A DNA stretch of 64,000 bases from Poseidonia sp. GTDB lineage: Archaea; Thermoplasmatota; Poseidoniia; Poseidoniales; Poseidoniaceae. Positions 1-11,623 of the stretch are shown here, piece after piece. Each line of letters opens with the position of its first letter. The first letter of the stretch is position 1. The DNA lies in contig JADHPT010000009.1 of NCBI GenBank assembly GCA_016778305.1, positions 5,608 through 69,607 of the forward strand, given 5' to 3'. A model generated the notes under the pieces. It searched no databases, was not told where the DNA came from, and worked only from the letters and a program-made list of their open reading frames with translations. The position numbers and the translations under genes were made by a program.

Positions 1-40
1 GTGAGGAGTTCTTCGTAGCCAACTCCAAAAACAGAAGCGT

Positions 41-721
41 ATGTGGGGCGTCATGGTAGATGCGGAGGGAGTAGGTGCTTCACTCTTAGACCAGGTGGTT
101 CAAGGAGGAGTTTTCTTTGCTATCCCTGTCTTTTTGATCTCGCTGGTGCTCTTCGTCCAGGGCTCCAAGCAAATCCCTCTCACTGTTGGCATGGTAGGTT
201 TTTTCGTCGGATTTGGGCTCTCTGGCCAACTTTATTCGGAGGCAGTAGACTTTGATTTACCTGTGACAGAACAGCAATTCAGAATCATCGTTGCTGCCTT
301 GGTCGCTGGCACATCAATTTCTGTGGCAAAAGTCGCCATGCGATTTTTAGCAGCCGGGTTGGTATTTTTGTTAGCGACGAACCTCATCGCAGTTGGTGAC
401 CGATTTGGTTATGATTTCGAGGGTGATGCTTTTCTCTCCGGCATTCTCACCCTCATCGCTTTCATTTCCAGTTATGCCTTTCGTAGACTGGTTCCGGCCT
501 TGATGGCAGGCTTGGTTGGAGCGCTTGGAATGATGTTTTCCATCTATGTGATTCTTGGATGGCCGGTTGAACGACTTGACGGAGTCGCTTACCCCGATGC
601 GTACCTCGCCATACCCTTCATGCTGGTAAGTTGCTATATCCAGTACAAATATTTCATACAGAAACGCAAAGAGATGGAAGCAGAAGAGTTTGCTGAAGAA
701 GATAAGGCTTACACCTTTTGA
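41..721 (+). CDS. multi-pass membrane protein of unknown function
   Basis: About 7 hydrophobic segments and a charged C-terminal tail. Alternative start at ATG 53. Confidence 0.75.
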   Translation: MWGVMVDAEGVGASLLDQVVQGGVFFAIPVFLISLVLFVQGSKQIPLTVGMVGFFVGFGLSGQLYSEAVDFDLPVTEQQFRIIVAALVAGTSISVAKVAMRFLAAGLVFLLATNLIAVGDRFGYDFEGDAFLSGILTLIAFISSYAFRRLVPALMAGLVGALGMMFSIYVILGWPVERLDGVAYPDAYLAIPFMLVSCYIQYKYFIQKRKEMEAEEFAEEDKAYTF

Positions 722-759
722 ATGTCAAGCATTATACAACGAAGGCGAGAGTCATTTGT

Positions 760-1437
760 ATGCCTCAAGCATTGGTCACCGGCGCCAACCGTGGAATTGG
801 GTTTGAATTGACTCGACAACTTCTAGAAACTGGTTACACCGTTCACGCGACCTACAGGAGCACGAAAGGCGGGTTGGCTGACATTACTCACCCATTGTTA
901 CATCTCCACAAGTTGGATGTTCGCAGTGATGATGCCATTGCTTCAGTAGCATCGCTTATTGAGGGAGGTTTGGACCTGCTCATCAACAATGCAGGAATTG
1001 CTGACGGGCGATGGTCCTCGGTTGAAGAGATTGACTTTGGAGTCGTGAGTGAAGTGATGGAAGTCAACGCAATCGCTCCGCTTCGAGTGACAAGAGGGTT
1101 GCTTCCAGCTTTGGATCACGCTGAAGGGGCTAAGGTGGTGATGATGACCAGCTTGATGGCATCAATCGCCGATTGCCACAGCGGGAAATCTTACGCTTAT
1201 CGCGCCTCTAAAACCGCATTGAATATGTTGACCGTCGCTATGAAGAACGAACTTCTTGATCGAAATATATCCGTCATTCTCATCCATCCTGGATGGGTGG
1301 AAACCGATATGGGTGGACCGCGCGCTCCGCTACGACCAAAGGAAAGTGTTGAGGGGATTCTGGACCGAATTCACGAACAAACACTCGATATGAGCGGGCG
1401 TTTTGTCCAATATGACGGTGAACGATTGCCCTGGTAA
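760..1437 (+). CDS. short-chain dehydrogenase/reductase (CsgA/C-factor-like)
   Basis: TGANRGIG, NNAG, YRASK and HPGWVETDMGG motifs. Start moved to ATG 760. Confidence 0.9.
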   Translation: MPQALVTGANRGIGFELTRQLLETGYTVHATYRSTKGGLADITHPLLHLHKLDVRSDDAIASVASLIEGGLDLLINNAGIADGRWSSVEEIDFGVVSEVMEVNAIAPLRVTRGLLPALDHAEGAKVVMMTSLMASIADCHSGKSYAYRASKTALNMLTVAMKNELLDRNISVILIHPGWVETDMGGPRAPLRPKESVEGILDRIHEQTLDMSGRFVQYDGERLPW

Positions 1438-1827
1438 TCAGGCCGAACAATTGCGGCAGATACCGTGAAGCGTCAACGTGACGTGGTCCACAGATGATAT
1501 TTTATCTGAGGTTGTCAAGTCGATACTTTCTGGTAGGGGGATGTCCCAGAGCGTGCCACAGACCGTACATGATACGTGGGCGTGTTCGGCTACATTGCAA
1601 TCGTAACGGACTTCTCCTCGGTGATTCACCGCTTGGATATGCCCTTCATTTGCAAGATGTGTCAAATTCCTGTATACCGTTGCCAATCCAATACCGTGGT
1701 GAAGAAGTTCCTTGTGAAGTTCCTGGGCGGTTGGGTGATCGTGACGGTTGATGACGGCGTCATGAATGGTTCTCTTTTGCCACGTCATTCGACGATCAGG
1801 TTGATCCGTCGCTGACGGTTTGCTCAT
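1438..1827 (-). CDS. Fur/PerR family transcriptional repressor
   Basis: HPTAQEL, LATVYRNL, HAHVSCTVC and CRNC motifs; lies directly downstream of katG. Confidence 0.9.
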   Translation of the reverse strand: MSKPSATDQPDRRMTWQKRTIHDAVINRHDHPTAQELHKELLHHGIGLATVYRNLTHLANEGHIQAVNHRGEVRYDCNVAEHAHVSCTVCGTLWDIPLPESIDLTTSDKISSVDHVTLTLHGICRNCSA

Positions 1828-1845
1828 ACAAATGCCTCAGTTGAC

Positions 1846-4080
<2,235 letters not shown>

Positions 4081-4082
4081 CT

Positions 4083-4457
4083 ATGACCGACCCCGTGCCG
4101 TCCGTTACACTGGTCAAATCAGGGGAAATTGACGATCGACCGCCGCTTACCTCGGCCGATGAAGCGCTCGAACAAACCCTCAGCATGTTGTGTTCCTTTC
4201 TGAGCATTGATGATTTTTTTAGTTTCCTTGCGTCCCCCGCGTTTGCGTCTCTTGCCCGCCGTGACACTCCGTGGATTACCTTTGAAATCGGCCTCTATGC
4301 AGATCACACGAAAACCCTCCAACTCATCCCTTCAAGTCACGAATTGAAAATAGCTGATGCAAGTGAATCGGGCGTCTTTGAAAACAACCTCTGGACCGGA
4401 GATATTGAAGACGGGTTGATGGAACTTCTTGGTGCCTGGGTCATTGCTGTTGCATGA
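4083..4457 (+). CDS. hypothetical protein
   Basis: 124-aa ORF filling the gap between katG and the DDAH-like gene; normal composition. Confidence 0.7.
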   Translation: MTDPVPSVTLVKSGEIDDRPPLTSADEALEQTLSMLCSFLSIDDFFSFLASPAFASLARRDTPWITFEIGLYADHTKTLQLIPSSHELKIADASESGVFENNLWTGDIEDGLMELLGAWVIAVA

Positions 4458-4458
4458 T

Positions 4459-5268
4459 TCAATAAAAAATTGAGCAGCACGTAAGAGAGCCATCGGCGGC
4501 TCGGATTTCACTCATGTCCAGTTCAACGGTCGTGAGGCCTCGTTGTTCAAGGGTGGCTTTGACCGTCGGATATCCTTCTGCAATCAGAACCGTGCCATTG
4601 GGCAGGCCAATGGTATTGCACCCGTAGGTTTCTTCGGCCGGCATCCAAATCACTTCACAGCCTACGGGCAAGATTCCAAAAGCATCTGCGTCCAAATAAC
4701 CCTCTGGGGCCAGAATGATATCGTCCGTGGGCGTGGAGCAAATGCTGGTCAAATGAAGGGCTTGCGGGGGTATGTCGATGATTCGCAACTCATAATCAAA
4801 GAAGTCCAGCAGGCTACGAAGGCTGGCAATGCCCAAATCATTGGTCCTCGAAGAACGCCCTACAAAGAAAAGATCGCCTAACCGAACGATATCTCCTCCA
4901 TCCATTCGTGCATCTCCACCCATGTTGCAGGTCTGAATGCCCTCCAGTGCGGACATCAGAAAATCAGCAATGGGGGGCTGTTCTGCTACTCGAGATGGCG
5001 CCCCGGGGGTTGGAAGCAGCATGTGGCCGTCCACAACAACGGCTTGGTCCTCAACAAAAATACAGTCTGGATGGTTGTCATCTGCCTCAAGGCAGTGCAC
5101 CTCAACACCTGCTTGACGGAGTGCGTCGATGTAGGCTTGATGTTGGACCTTTGCGAGCGCAATATCCGTGGGCCCGGTACCGAAAAAGCGGGCAATGGCT
5201 CGCTTATATGAAGCGGGAACAGAACGCACCAAAGCACGGTGCTTCTGGTTCAACCGAACGGTTGCCAT
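4459..5268 (-). CDS. dimethylarginine dimethylaminohydrolase / amidinotransferase family protein
   Basis: PDCIFVED, DGGD, HLTS and C-terminal GSLTCCS motifs. Confidence 0.88.
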   Translation of the reverse strand: MATVRLNQKHRALVRSVPASYKRAIARFFGTGPTDIALAKVQHQAYIDALRQAGVEVHCLEADDNHPDCIFVEDQAVVVDGHMLLPTPGAPSRVAEQPPIADFLMSALEGIQTCNMGGDARMDGGDIVRLGDLFFVGRSSRTNDLGIASLRSLLDFFDYELRIIDIPPQALHLTSICSTPTDDIILAPEGYLDADAFGILPVGCEVIWMPAEETYGCNTIGLPNGTVLIAEGYPTVKATLEQRGLTTVELDMSEIRAADGSLTCCSIFY

Positions 5269-5396
5269 GTATTACCGGTTGACGGGCGTGCCTTAACCCT
5301 TCGCCTGTTTTCGGTAGGCCGTTTCCGGTGAACGGAAATCTGAGTGATTTACAATCCCTACGTACCCATACTGTTGGATTCAACGATGGGGGAGGT

Positions 5397-7406
5397 TCAG
5401 TTCTCTTCTTCCGAGGTATAGGTGGGTGGATAGAGATAGCGCGGGTCGCGATCCTCATCCATTTGGACGACATAGACTCCCGAAACCATCTCTGAGATGA
5501 ATAGATAGCCGCGAGGGTCGTATTGCAATCCCCAATCGAATGGAATCATACAAGATGCCCAGCAGTCAGCCATATCGTAACCGAGCGTTTCCTTGGGGTC
5601 TTCAATCCACGTTGGGCCTGCTGGAAGATAGTAGCCCATCGTGACGGTTTCAGCGAATTCTTGAATTGCGGGGAATCCAATTTCAGGAGCTGGGACGCCG
5701 TTGATCCACGTTGTTTCAGACCAGATGTTGCTGTGATCTGTCACCCAATTTCCTGCGTGGTAATGCGTCCAGTACACGTGTCCGTTGGTTCCTGTATCTC
5801 CGTTGTGCGGACTGTAAATGTAACCGCCCGGAATGTAGTGGTGATCGTGCACACTACCGTCGGGGAGAATGCTGGTTCCCGGTAATTTCCATTTGCTCAG
5901 GAGGAAGGGTTTCGCTGGATCGGTCGTGTCAATGGTCCAGATGTATCCAGTGTGATTGGTATTGGTGCCGTATTCAGGAGCAATCATGGTTAAGTGGCGC
6001 CAATTAATCCCGAAAACTGGGTCTTCAGGGCCCGTGCCGCATTCTTCATCCCATGTGTCTACGGGGTCAATTTCAGCAGCTCCGTTGCACAAAAGGTGGT
6101 CATAAGGAACTGCGTAGTGTATCCACCCGTTCCCGTTCAAGGCGCCTGTACTTCCGCCCCATTCTTCCGGGGTCATGTTTGCGTGGCCTCCACCATCAGG
6201 CCCGTACCAGCCGTCGTCCTCACTCGGGCAACCGAGCCAGCGACCGACTTCATTGTCCTGTGGCCATGTGACCCCTTCAGGATCGGGAACTTCGGGCGGG
6301 TTTGTAACATCTACAATCCGTAGCCCTGCATCCCAATAAGAAATGTAGAGAAGTTTCTGGCCGGTTATTGGATGAATATGAAATACGTTATCGTGATTGA
6401 AGATTGAACCACCACAGGTCGTTTCAGGTTCGGGAGAGTATCCGCCCCAACGAAGGATCTGCCGGCTGTCGTTTTGTTGTTCATCGGTTGATGTTGGGTT
6501 CCAGGATTCAAATCCAAGCGGCACATAGAAGATTTGGGTTCCTTTGTAGAATGTTCCAGAATCTCCTTCAACCATTTCTGGATAAGGATCTGCTCCATAG
6601 AGGAAAAGATGGCATTCTTCGATGGCCCAAAGTGGGTTAGCAGGCTCCCAGTCACAGTCCACGTGCATGTCTTGGTTGTGGAACCCCGCTGGAGGGTTGT
6701 TCCATTCGGCTACCTTGATTGGTTCATTCTTATTGACAACAGAAATAACGTCGAGACGGTTTGCTCCACTGTTCGCATCGTCATCTTGAGGAATTGGGTC
6801 CAAATCGCTGTTGGTAAGTTCGTGGTTGACAAGGACCCAGTTGTTATCTGGTGTTACTTTGATGTCAATCATTCGGCCGACCTCTGCGTAATAAGTGGAG
6901 AGGAGCGTGATGTTATTAGGTTCAGAGATGTCCAAGATTTCAAATTGGTTGTACGAAGAAACATATGCATAGCAACCGCCAGTACCATCGGGATTTTTGA
7001 CACAATCTTCCATGAAATTACCCTCAATCGAAATTTCAGAGGAGTCCCCCGGAGTGGGCCCGACATTCTTGTACTCTGGGAAGCATGGTCGCCCTGCAAC
7101 GTTATCAAGTTCTGCGGGTGGAGCCACATTTCCATCGCAATTGAGATTGTGATAGTCAATGAGCTTCATGTTGGACGTTTGGAGTCTGTGAGCAAGAAGG
7201 TCACTGTGACTGTGGTTCTCGTCCTCAATTTCAACCACTGGATCAATCCATTCGCTTGAATCATTACTGTCATTGGCACTTCCTCCATCGTCCAGACTCA
7301 TGTATGCGAGTGCAGAAAGTACGCTTACTGTTAGTAAAGTTGACAGCGCTATAACAATAATTTTGTCGGCTGCACTTTCATCCTCTCTAAGACGGGGTGT
7401 TTGCAT
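5397..7406 (-). CDS. membrane-anchored LVIVD-repeat-like beta-propeller protein (paralog A)
   Basis: N-terminal TM helix; FEILDISEP, SYWDAGLRIVDVTNP, SPHN and HYHAG motifs; clear similarity to 8915..10693. Confidence 0.8.
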   Translation of the reverse strand: MQTPRLREDESAADKIIVIALSTLLTVSVLSALAYMSLDDGGSANDSNDSSEWIDPVVEIEDENHSHSDLLAHRLQTSNMKLIDYHNLNCDGNVAPPAELDNVAGRPCFPEYKNVGPTPGDSSEISIEGNFMEDCVKNPDGTGGCYAYVSSYNQFEILDISEPNNITLLSTYYAEVGRMIDIKVTPDNNWVLVNHELTNSDLDPIPQDDDANSGANRLDVISVVNKNEPIKVAEWNNPPAGFHNQDMHVDCDWEPANPLWAIEECHLFLYGADPYPEMVEGDSGTFYKGTQIFYVPLGFESWNPTSTDEQQNDSRQILRWGGYSPEPETTCGGSIFNHDNVFHIHPITGQKLLYISYWDAGLRIVDVTNPPEVPDPEGVTWPQDNEVGRWLGCPSEDDGWYGPDGGGHANMTPEEWGGSTGALNGNGWIHYAVPYDHLLCNGAAEIDPVDTWDEECGTGPEDPVFGINWRHLTMIAPEYGTNTNHTGYIWTIDTTDPAKPFLLSKWKLPGTSILPDGSVHDHHYIPGGYIYSPHNGDTGTNGHVYWTHYHAGNWVTDHSNIWSETTWINGVPAPEIGFPAIQEFAETVTMGYYLPAGPTWIEDPKETLGYDMADCWASCMIPFDWGLQYDPRGYLFISEMVSGVYVVQMDEDRDPRYLYPPTYTSEEEN

Positions 7407-7497
7407 AGTCTAAGCGGAGTCTGAGTTATATTTCAAATAAGAGTATGATTGGTTCCTTTCACGAATTTCTTTTATGTAGGCAGCTAAAGTGGCCGTT

Positions 7498-8166
7498 ATG
7501 ATGAAGCGGATGGCCCCATTGATCGGTTTGCTATTTCTCTCTTCGGTTTTGATCGTAGGAAATGTTCAGGGCCACTCTGCAGACACCTTTACCGTCGTCA
7601 TCAAACAAAGCGGTTTGACGCCGGGCTCATCTCAAATTGCCTACAACGATTCTGTGGTGTGGCACAATACTGATTCGAGAGAAAACATCACGCATCGAAT
7701 CGTCTTTGATTTTGACGGAGATGGCTTGTTTAACGGTTCTGACGATTGGGATTCCGGTGAATTGGTATCGGATTGCGATTCAACATCGGACAACTCCACT
7801 GAAAATAACAGCGAAGCAGAATGTAACGTTACCTTCTTTGTGTGGTTTAACGGCACGTGGGGTATTGGAGAATATGCGTATCAAGACATGGTATCCGACG
7901 GCTCTGTCATGAATGGGACAATACTTGTGGTTGAGGATGTTCACGTAGAGAATTCGACTTCTCCTCCAATAGGGAGCTCCTTTGGCGTTGTTGAGACAAA
8001 TGATGATGAAGTCGTTGAGACAGATGATGATACTTCTGATGATGTTCGTCGAATGTTACTTCTTGTGGGTGCTGGCTCTGGATTGGGTGCGGGAGGATTG
8101 CTGGTTCTCCTGTTAGTGCGCCGTTCAGGAGACGGTATTGCAGAAATAAATGATGAAGAAGCGTGA
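7498..8166 (+). CDS. secreted, C-terminally anchored cupredoxin-like protein (paralog A)
   Basis: Signal peptide ending VQG|H; VVWHNTD..THRIV resembles plastocyanin-type strands; DxDGDG motif; C-terminal TM helix. Confidence 0.7.
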   Translation: MMKRMAPLIGLLFLSSVLIVGNVQGHSADTFTVVIKQSGLTPGSSQIAYNDSVVWHNTDSRENITHRIVFDFDGDGLFNGSDDWDSGELVSDCDSTSDNSTENNSEAECNVTFFVWFNGTWGIGEYAYQDMVSDGSVMNGTILVVEDVHVENSTSPPIGSSFGVVETNDDEVVETDDDTSDDVRRMLLLVGAGSGLGAGGLLVLLLVRRSGDGIAEINDEEA

Positions 8167-8260
8167 TTGAATTGACGATCCTCGTCTACGTCCTAGGAGA
8201 ATGAAAAACCGAGATTATCGGTTTGATTACCTGGATGGGGTCTCAAAAAAAGGAGAACGT

Positions 8261-8905
8261 TCAGAGGGTGTTGAGATAGCGTAAGTCTTCCAAGAAAAGG
8301 TCGAGAATCCAGTCGTTATCGCCCCACCACACACGTTGATAACCAAATCGGTCAACGAGAATTGTTCCAGTTTCATGGTTTACTGTGTAATCGTCTGGAT
8401 GGTGGCGGGCACTGGAGTTATTGGCGGCTTCTTCAATCGTTAGTCCAACCCCGAAGTTGACCCAAACGTTTTGCAAAGCGTTCATGGAAGGGCTGTCACT
8501 ATCGTTACTGGTCGAGGTGAGGTGTGCCCACTCCGATTTCGTGCCAGTCTTCCAGTCGTGGAGAGTTGAAACGTTATCGCGCCAGGGGTCAACGGTGATG
8601 GTCAGGAAGGTGGTCTTGTTCAATTCATCATCCGATAATTGTGATTTGACCCACTTCATGTTGTGAGTAACAATCGGGCAGATATCAATGCAGTTGGTGA
8701 ATAAGAAGGCGATGGCGAGGGTGGTGTTGGCTGCTTCTTCTGAGTAAGTCCAAGAAGTCCCTTCGCTGGTGGTGAGAGTGAAATCCTGCACTTTAACGCT
8801 GTCAATTGACTCACCTTTTGGCGTCCAACGGTCAATTTCAGCAGGAGAAAAGCATCCTGCGAGGAAGAGAGTACAAATGAGAATTGAGAACAGTCGCGAT
8901 TGCAT
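8261..8905 (-). CDS. SCO1/SenC family copper chaperone, lipoprotein
   Basis: Lipobox LAGC; FTNCIDICP (CxxxC); ITVDPWRD; distal His in VNHE. A GGTGA SD sits in the 9-bp gap after the upstream propeller gene. Confidence 0.9.
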   Translation of the reverse strand: MQSRLFSILICTLFLAGCFSPAEIDRWTPKGESIDSVKVQDFTLTTSEGTSWTYSEEAANTTLAIAFLFTNCIDICPIVTHNMKWVKSQLSDDELNKTTFLTITVDPWRDNVSTLHDWKTGTKSEWAHLTSTSNDSDSPSMNALQNVWVNFGVGLTIEEAANNSSARHHPDDYTVNHETGTILVDRFGYQRVWWGDNDWILDLFLEDLRYLNTL

Positions 8906-8914
8906 GGTTTCACC

Positions 8915-10693
8915 TCAAAGTCGATACGGTTCATCGATATCGAGTTGGACAAGATACAGGCCGGTGGAGATGCACGAGGCGTACGTGATGCCTTCATGGT
9001 GTTCAACCGCCCATAGGAAGGGCACCCACCCGAAATCATAGAAGCTTGAATCAAGGGGGGTTCCGTCTTCGCCATGAGGAAGGTAATAGGCAACTGTGGC
9101 CTCTTCATTGGTTGCGATTCGATCGTCGGGTTGGGTTGGGGCAACCAGGGTTTCTACATCAATCACCCATAATCCCGCATGGTAATGGGAAATATACAGA
9201 CGCCCATCCCACGTTCCACCGCGGCTTTGATCGGTCTCTTCGGTAGTTTCGAAGTAAGTGCTGTCGAGGTTGTGTGGGGAGAAAAGGAGCCATTCATCGC
9301 CGTTGGGGTGTGCCTCGCAATCTGCCCCATAGCAGTGTTCTTCTGCATAGGGAATTTCCCAGTCCCTGATGAGTTTCGGTTTGAATTTGAATTGGCCGTC
9401 TTCAAGGGTATATTCTGTTGTGTCAATCAGGTAAATGATACCCGTTCCAACGTTTGTGGAAAGGACTTCGACCGCTGCTGTTACCATGTGGACGGGTTCA
9501 TCTGAATAGCCAACGTGAGATAAATCAAGCATCTCGGGGAAGGGTTCTGCATAGTGGATGTAAGAGACACGTCCACCGTTTTCGTTTCCAGTAGTACCGC
9601 TATCGGGTTGCCCATCGCCATCCATATCGAGGAAGTCCATCCACAATCCAACTTCTGGTGCACGCCATCGGCACATGAGTGGATTGCCTTGTCCTGCCTT
9701 ACAGGTCGTTGCATGAAGGGTGTAGGCTTCAGGTGAGTTCACGGGGTGGGGGACGTCTGAAACATCGGCAATACGCAAGCCTGCTTCCCAATAACTACCG
9801 TAAATGAACGTCCTTCCAAACCTTGGGTCGTTGGGATCTTCTCCCGGCCAGGTTTGGACGGTCATATCGTGGATGTAAATCCAGCCACCACGGGTGGTAT
9901 CCCACGCAACTTCGTATTCTCCAACCTTGATCATCGTGTGCCCCGCTCCGCTGAGAGGAACCCCGGGGAGGTTACGGGCAGCTGAGCCATCGAGGTTGAG
10001 ATGAACGATGGTGACTCCACCACAGGCTTCGCCGATGGCGTCGTTGCATTCATTGTAATCGGGATTGGCGATGAAAACATACCATTCGCCGTCAATCATG
10101 TGCGTGTAGAGGTTGTGGGGGCCGCTTGGGTGGTCGCTATCGTACCACGAATCGATGAGGGTTGGATTTGTCTTATCGGTCACGTCGATGAGAAGCGCGG
10201 ATACTTGAGTTGGATCGCTCCATTCACCGACGTTGGGGTCCGAGTTTCCCGGATCGATGAGTTGGTTCTGCTGAAGGATGTACTCTCGTCCGTTGTACTC
10301 AAGATATTTGACATCGAGAACTTGGGTGTTCGGATCGTTGAATACGCCTACAACTTCAGTGTTTTCGGGGTCGGTAACGTCGACAATGTGCATGTCGTTC
10401 CAACCTGCCAAATATGCATAGGTCCGTCCGTCAGGGGTCGTGGCCACTTGGACTTCGGCATTTCCTGGTGTACTCAGGGGATTGAAATCGAGGAGTTCCA
10501 TGTTATCGGTGCCAGCAATGTGCTGGCTGGCGTTTTTGTGATCGTGCCCTTCCCCTTGGAAGAGCGGGTCGCCGCTGGAAATGAGGGTTTCATTGACTTG
10601 AACAGTGTTGGTGTCCTCGCCAAGAAGCAACAACGCTGCCGAGGAGGCGAACAGGAGGACAAAGAGCCCCAGCGCAATTTCCTTCCCACCCAT
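8915..10693 (-). CDS. membrane-anchored LVIVD-repeat-like beta-propeller protein (paralog B)
   Basis: MHIVDVTDP, LLIDVTDK, SYWEAGLRIADVSD, SPHN and HYHAG motifs. Start placed at MGGKEI so it does not overlap the divergent gene. Confidence 0.8.
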   Translation of the reverse strand: MGGKEIALGLFVLLFASSAALLLLGEDTNTVQVNETLISSGDPLFQGEGHDHKNASQHIAGTDNMELLDFNPLSTPGNAEVQVATTPDGRTYAYLAGWNDMHIVDVTDPENTEVVGVFNDPNTQVLDVKYLEYNGREYILQQNQLIDPGNSDPNVGEWSDPTQVSALLIDVTDKTNPTLIDSWYDSDHPSGPHNLYTHMIDGEWYVFIANPDYNECNDAIGEACGGVTIVHLNLDGSAARNLPGVPLSGAGHTMIKVGEYEVAWDTTRGGWIYIHDMTVQTWPGEDPNDPRFGRTFIYGSYWEAGLRIADVSDVPHPVNSPEAYTLHATTCKAGQGNPLMCRWRAPEVGLWMDFLDMDGDGQPDSGTTGNENGGRVSYIHYAEPFPEMLDLSHVGYSDEPVHMVTAAVEVLSTNVGTGIIYLIDTTEYTLEDGQFKFKPKLIRDWEIPYAEEHCYGADCEAHPNGDEWLLFSPHNLDSTYFETTEETDQSRGGTWDGRLYISHYHAGLWVIDVETLVAPTQPDDRIATNEEATVAYYLPHGEDGTPLDSSFYDFGWVPFLWAVEHHEGITYASCISTGLYLVQLDIDEPYRL

Positions 10694-10751
10694 ATTCTTC
10701 CTGAATACTTTCCTCCGTTTGGTCTTTATGGCTCCTCGCTCACCGCGATAC

Positions 10752-11429
10752 ATGGGCAGGTCCGTGGTTGCATTGGGCCTCTGTACCATGATGTTGTGCC
10801 TTGTTGCGCTGCCTTCTATGCAGGCCCACGAACAGAAAACCCTCTCGGTTATCCTTCTTGATGACGGTGCAGTATACGGGAATATCAGCGACCCCTCATT
10901 CGTTCAGGGCAATGCGATGTGGTTCAAAATGGAAGATGGGACGGAGAACGCCACGATGGTTGCCCGCCTCGATGTGAATCAAGACGGGGTCTTCAACGCC
11001 AGTGTTGACTTTGAGTCGGGCGTCATGATGGAGTCGTGTGAACTTGATGAAAATGGATCCTTGGTTGATGAAGAATGTATTGTCTCAAGCACCTACGCCT
11101 TCCCGTCCAACGCAAGTACGGGAATGTACACCTATTGGATTCTACGTGACCACAATACTACCGTAACTATGTGGAACTATACCATTTACGTGCACGAAGA
11201 CATCCATGAAGAAGACGGTCCTTCACCGGGAGACTGTTTTGGAGCTGGTTGTGAAACCAGTGCGGCTGCAGATGAAGACGTGAACTCGGGTGTTCCGCCC
11301 GATGAAGCCATCCTCCAAATTCTTGTTATTCTTGCCTTCGTTGCAATCATCTTCTTGTCTCTCTCCATACGAAAAGACCGCTTGAGTGGTAAAAGCCTGG
11401 ATTCAGTTCACGCCAGTGAAGATGAATGA
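10752..11429 (+). CDS. secreted, C-terminally anchored protein, paralog of 7498..8166
   Basis: Signal peptide ending MQA|H; shared DxxxDGxFNxSxDxxSG..C..EC and TIxVxEDxHxE motifs; C-terminal TM helix. Confidence 0.7.
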   Translation: MGRSVVALGLCTMMLCLVALPSMQAHEQKTLSVILLDDGAVYGNISDPSFVQGNAMWFKMEDGTENATMVARLDVNQDGVFNASVDFESGVMMESCELDENGSLVDEECIVSSTYAFPSNASTGMYTYWILRDHNTTVTMWNYTIYVHEDIHEEDGPSPGDCFGAGCETSAAADEDVNSGVPPDEAILQILVILAFVAIIFLSLSIRKDRLSGKSLDSVHASEDE

Positions 11430-11623
11430 TCAGCCTTCGATAAGAGGGCAACGTTGGTCATTGACTGCTTCGAGTAAAAATCGGGCAAAGAGCGTTCGTT
11501 GGGCTGTACTGCGCTTTTGGTTTTGTATTTGGCCTTTCATGTTCTCATATTGAATATGGGCCTGCTCCCCTATCAAAGAATCGCTCGCTGGAGGGTAGGA
11601 CTTGAGAAGGTGAACCACGACGC

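Noticed and set aside
5330-5365. tRNA-Tyr-like GATTGTAAATC loop or hammerhead-like CTGAGTGA/GAAA
   Set aside because: There is no cloverleaf or T-arm, and the hammerhead core CUGAnGA with correct stem order is not satisfied.
10605-10789. Apparent head-to-head overlap of two long ORFs
   Set aside because: Resolved by downstream ATGs (10693 on minus, 10752 on plus) that give proper N-terminal signal or TM segments.
6534-10861. Long antisense ORFs (6534..7259 and 10001..10861)
   Set aside because: They are shadow frames of the propeller genes, with no motifs and codon-mirror composition.
11430-11618. 62-aa minus-strand ORF
   Set aside because: No motif, and it would occupy the promoter of the M28 peptidase.
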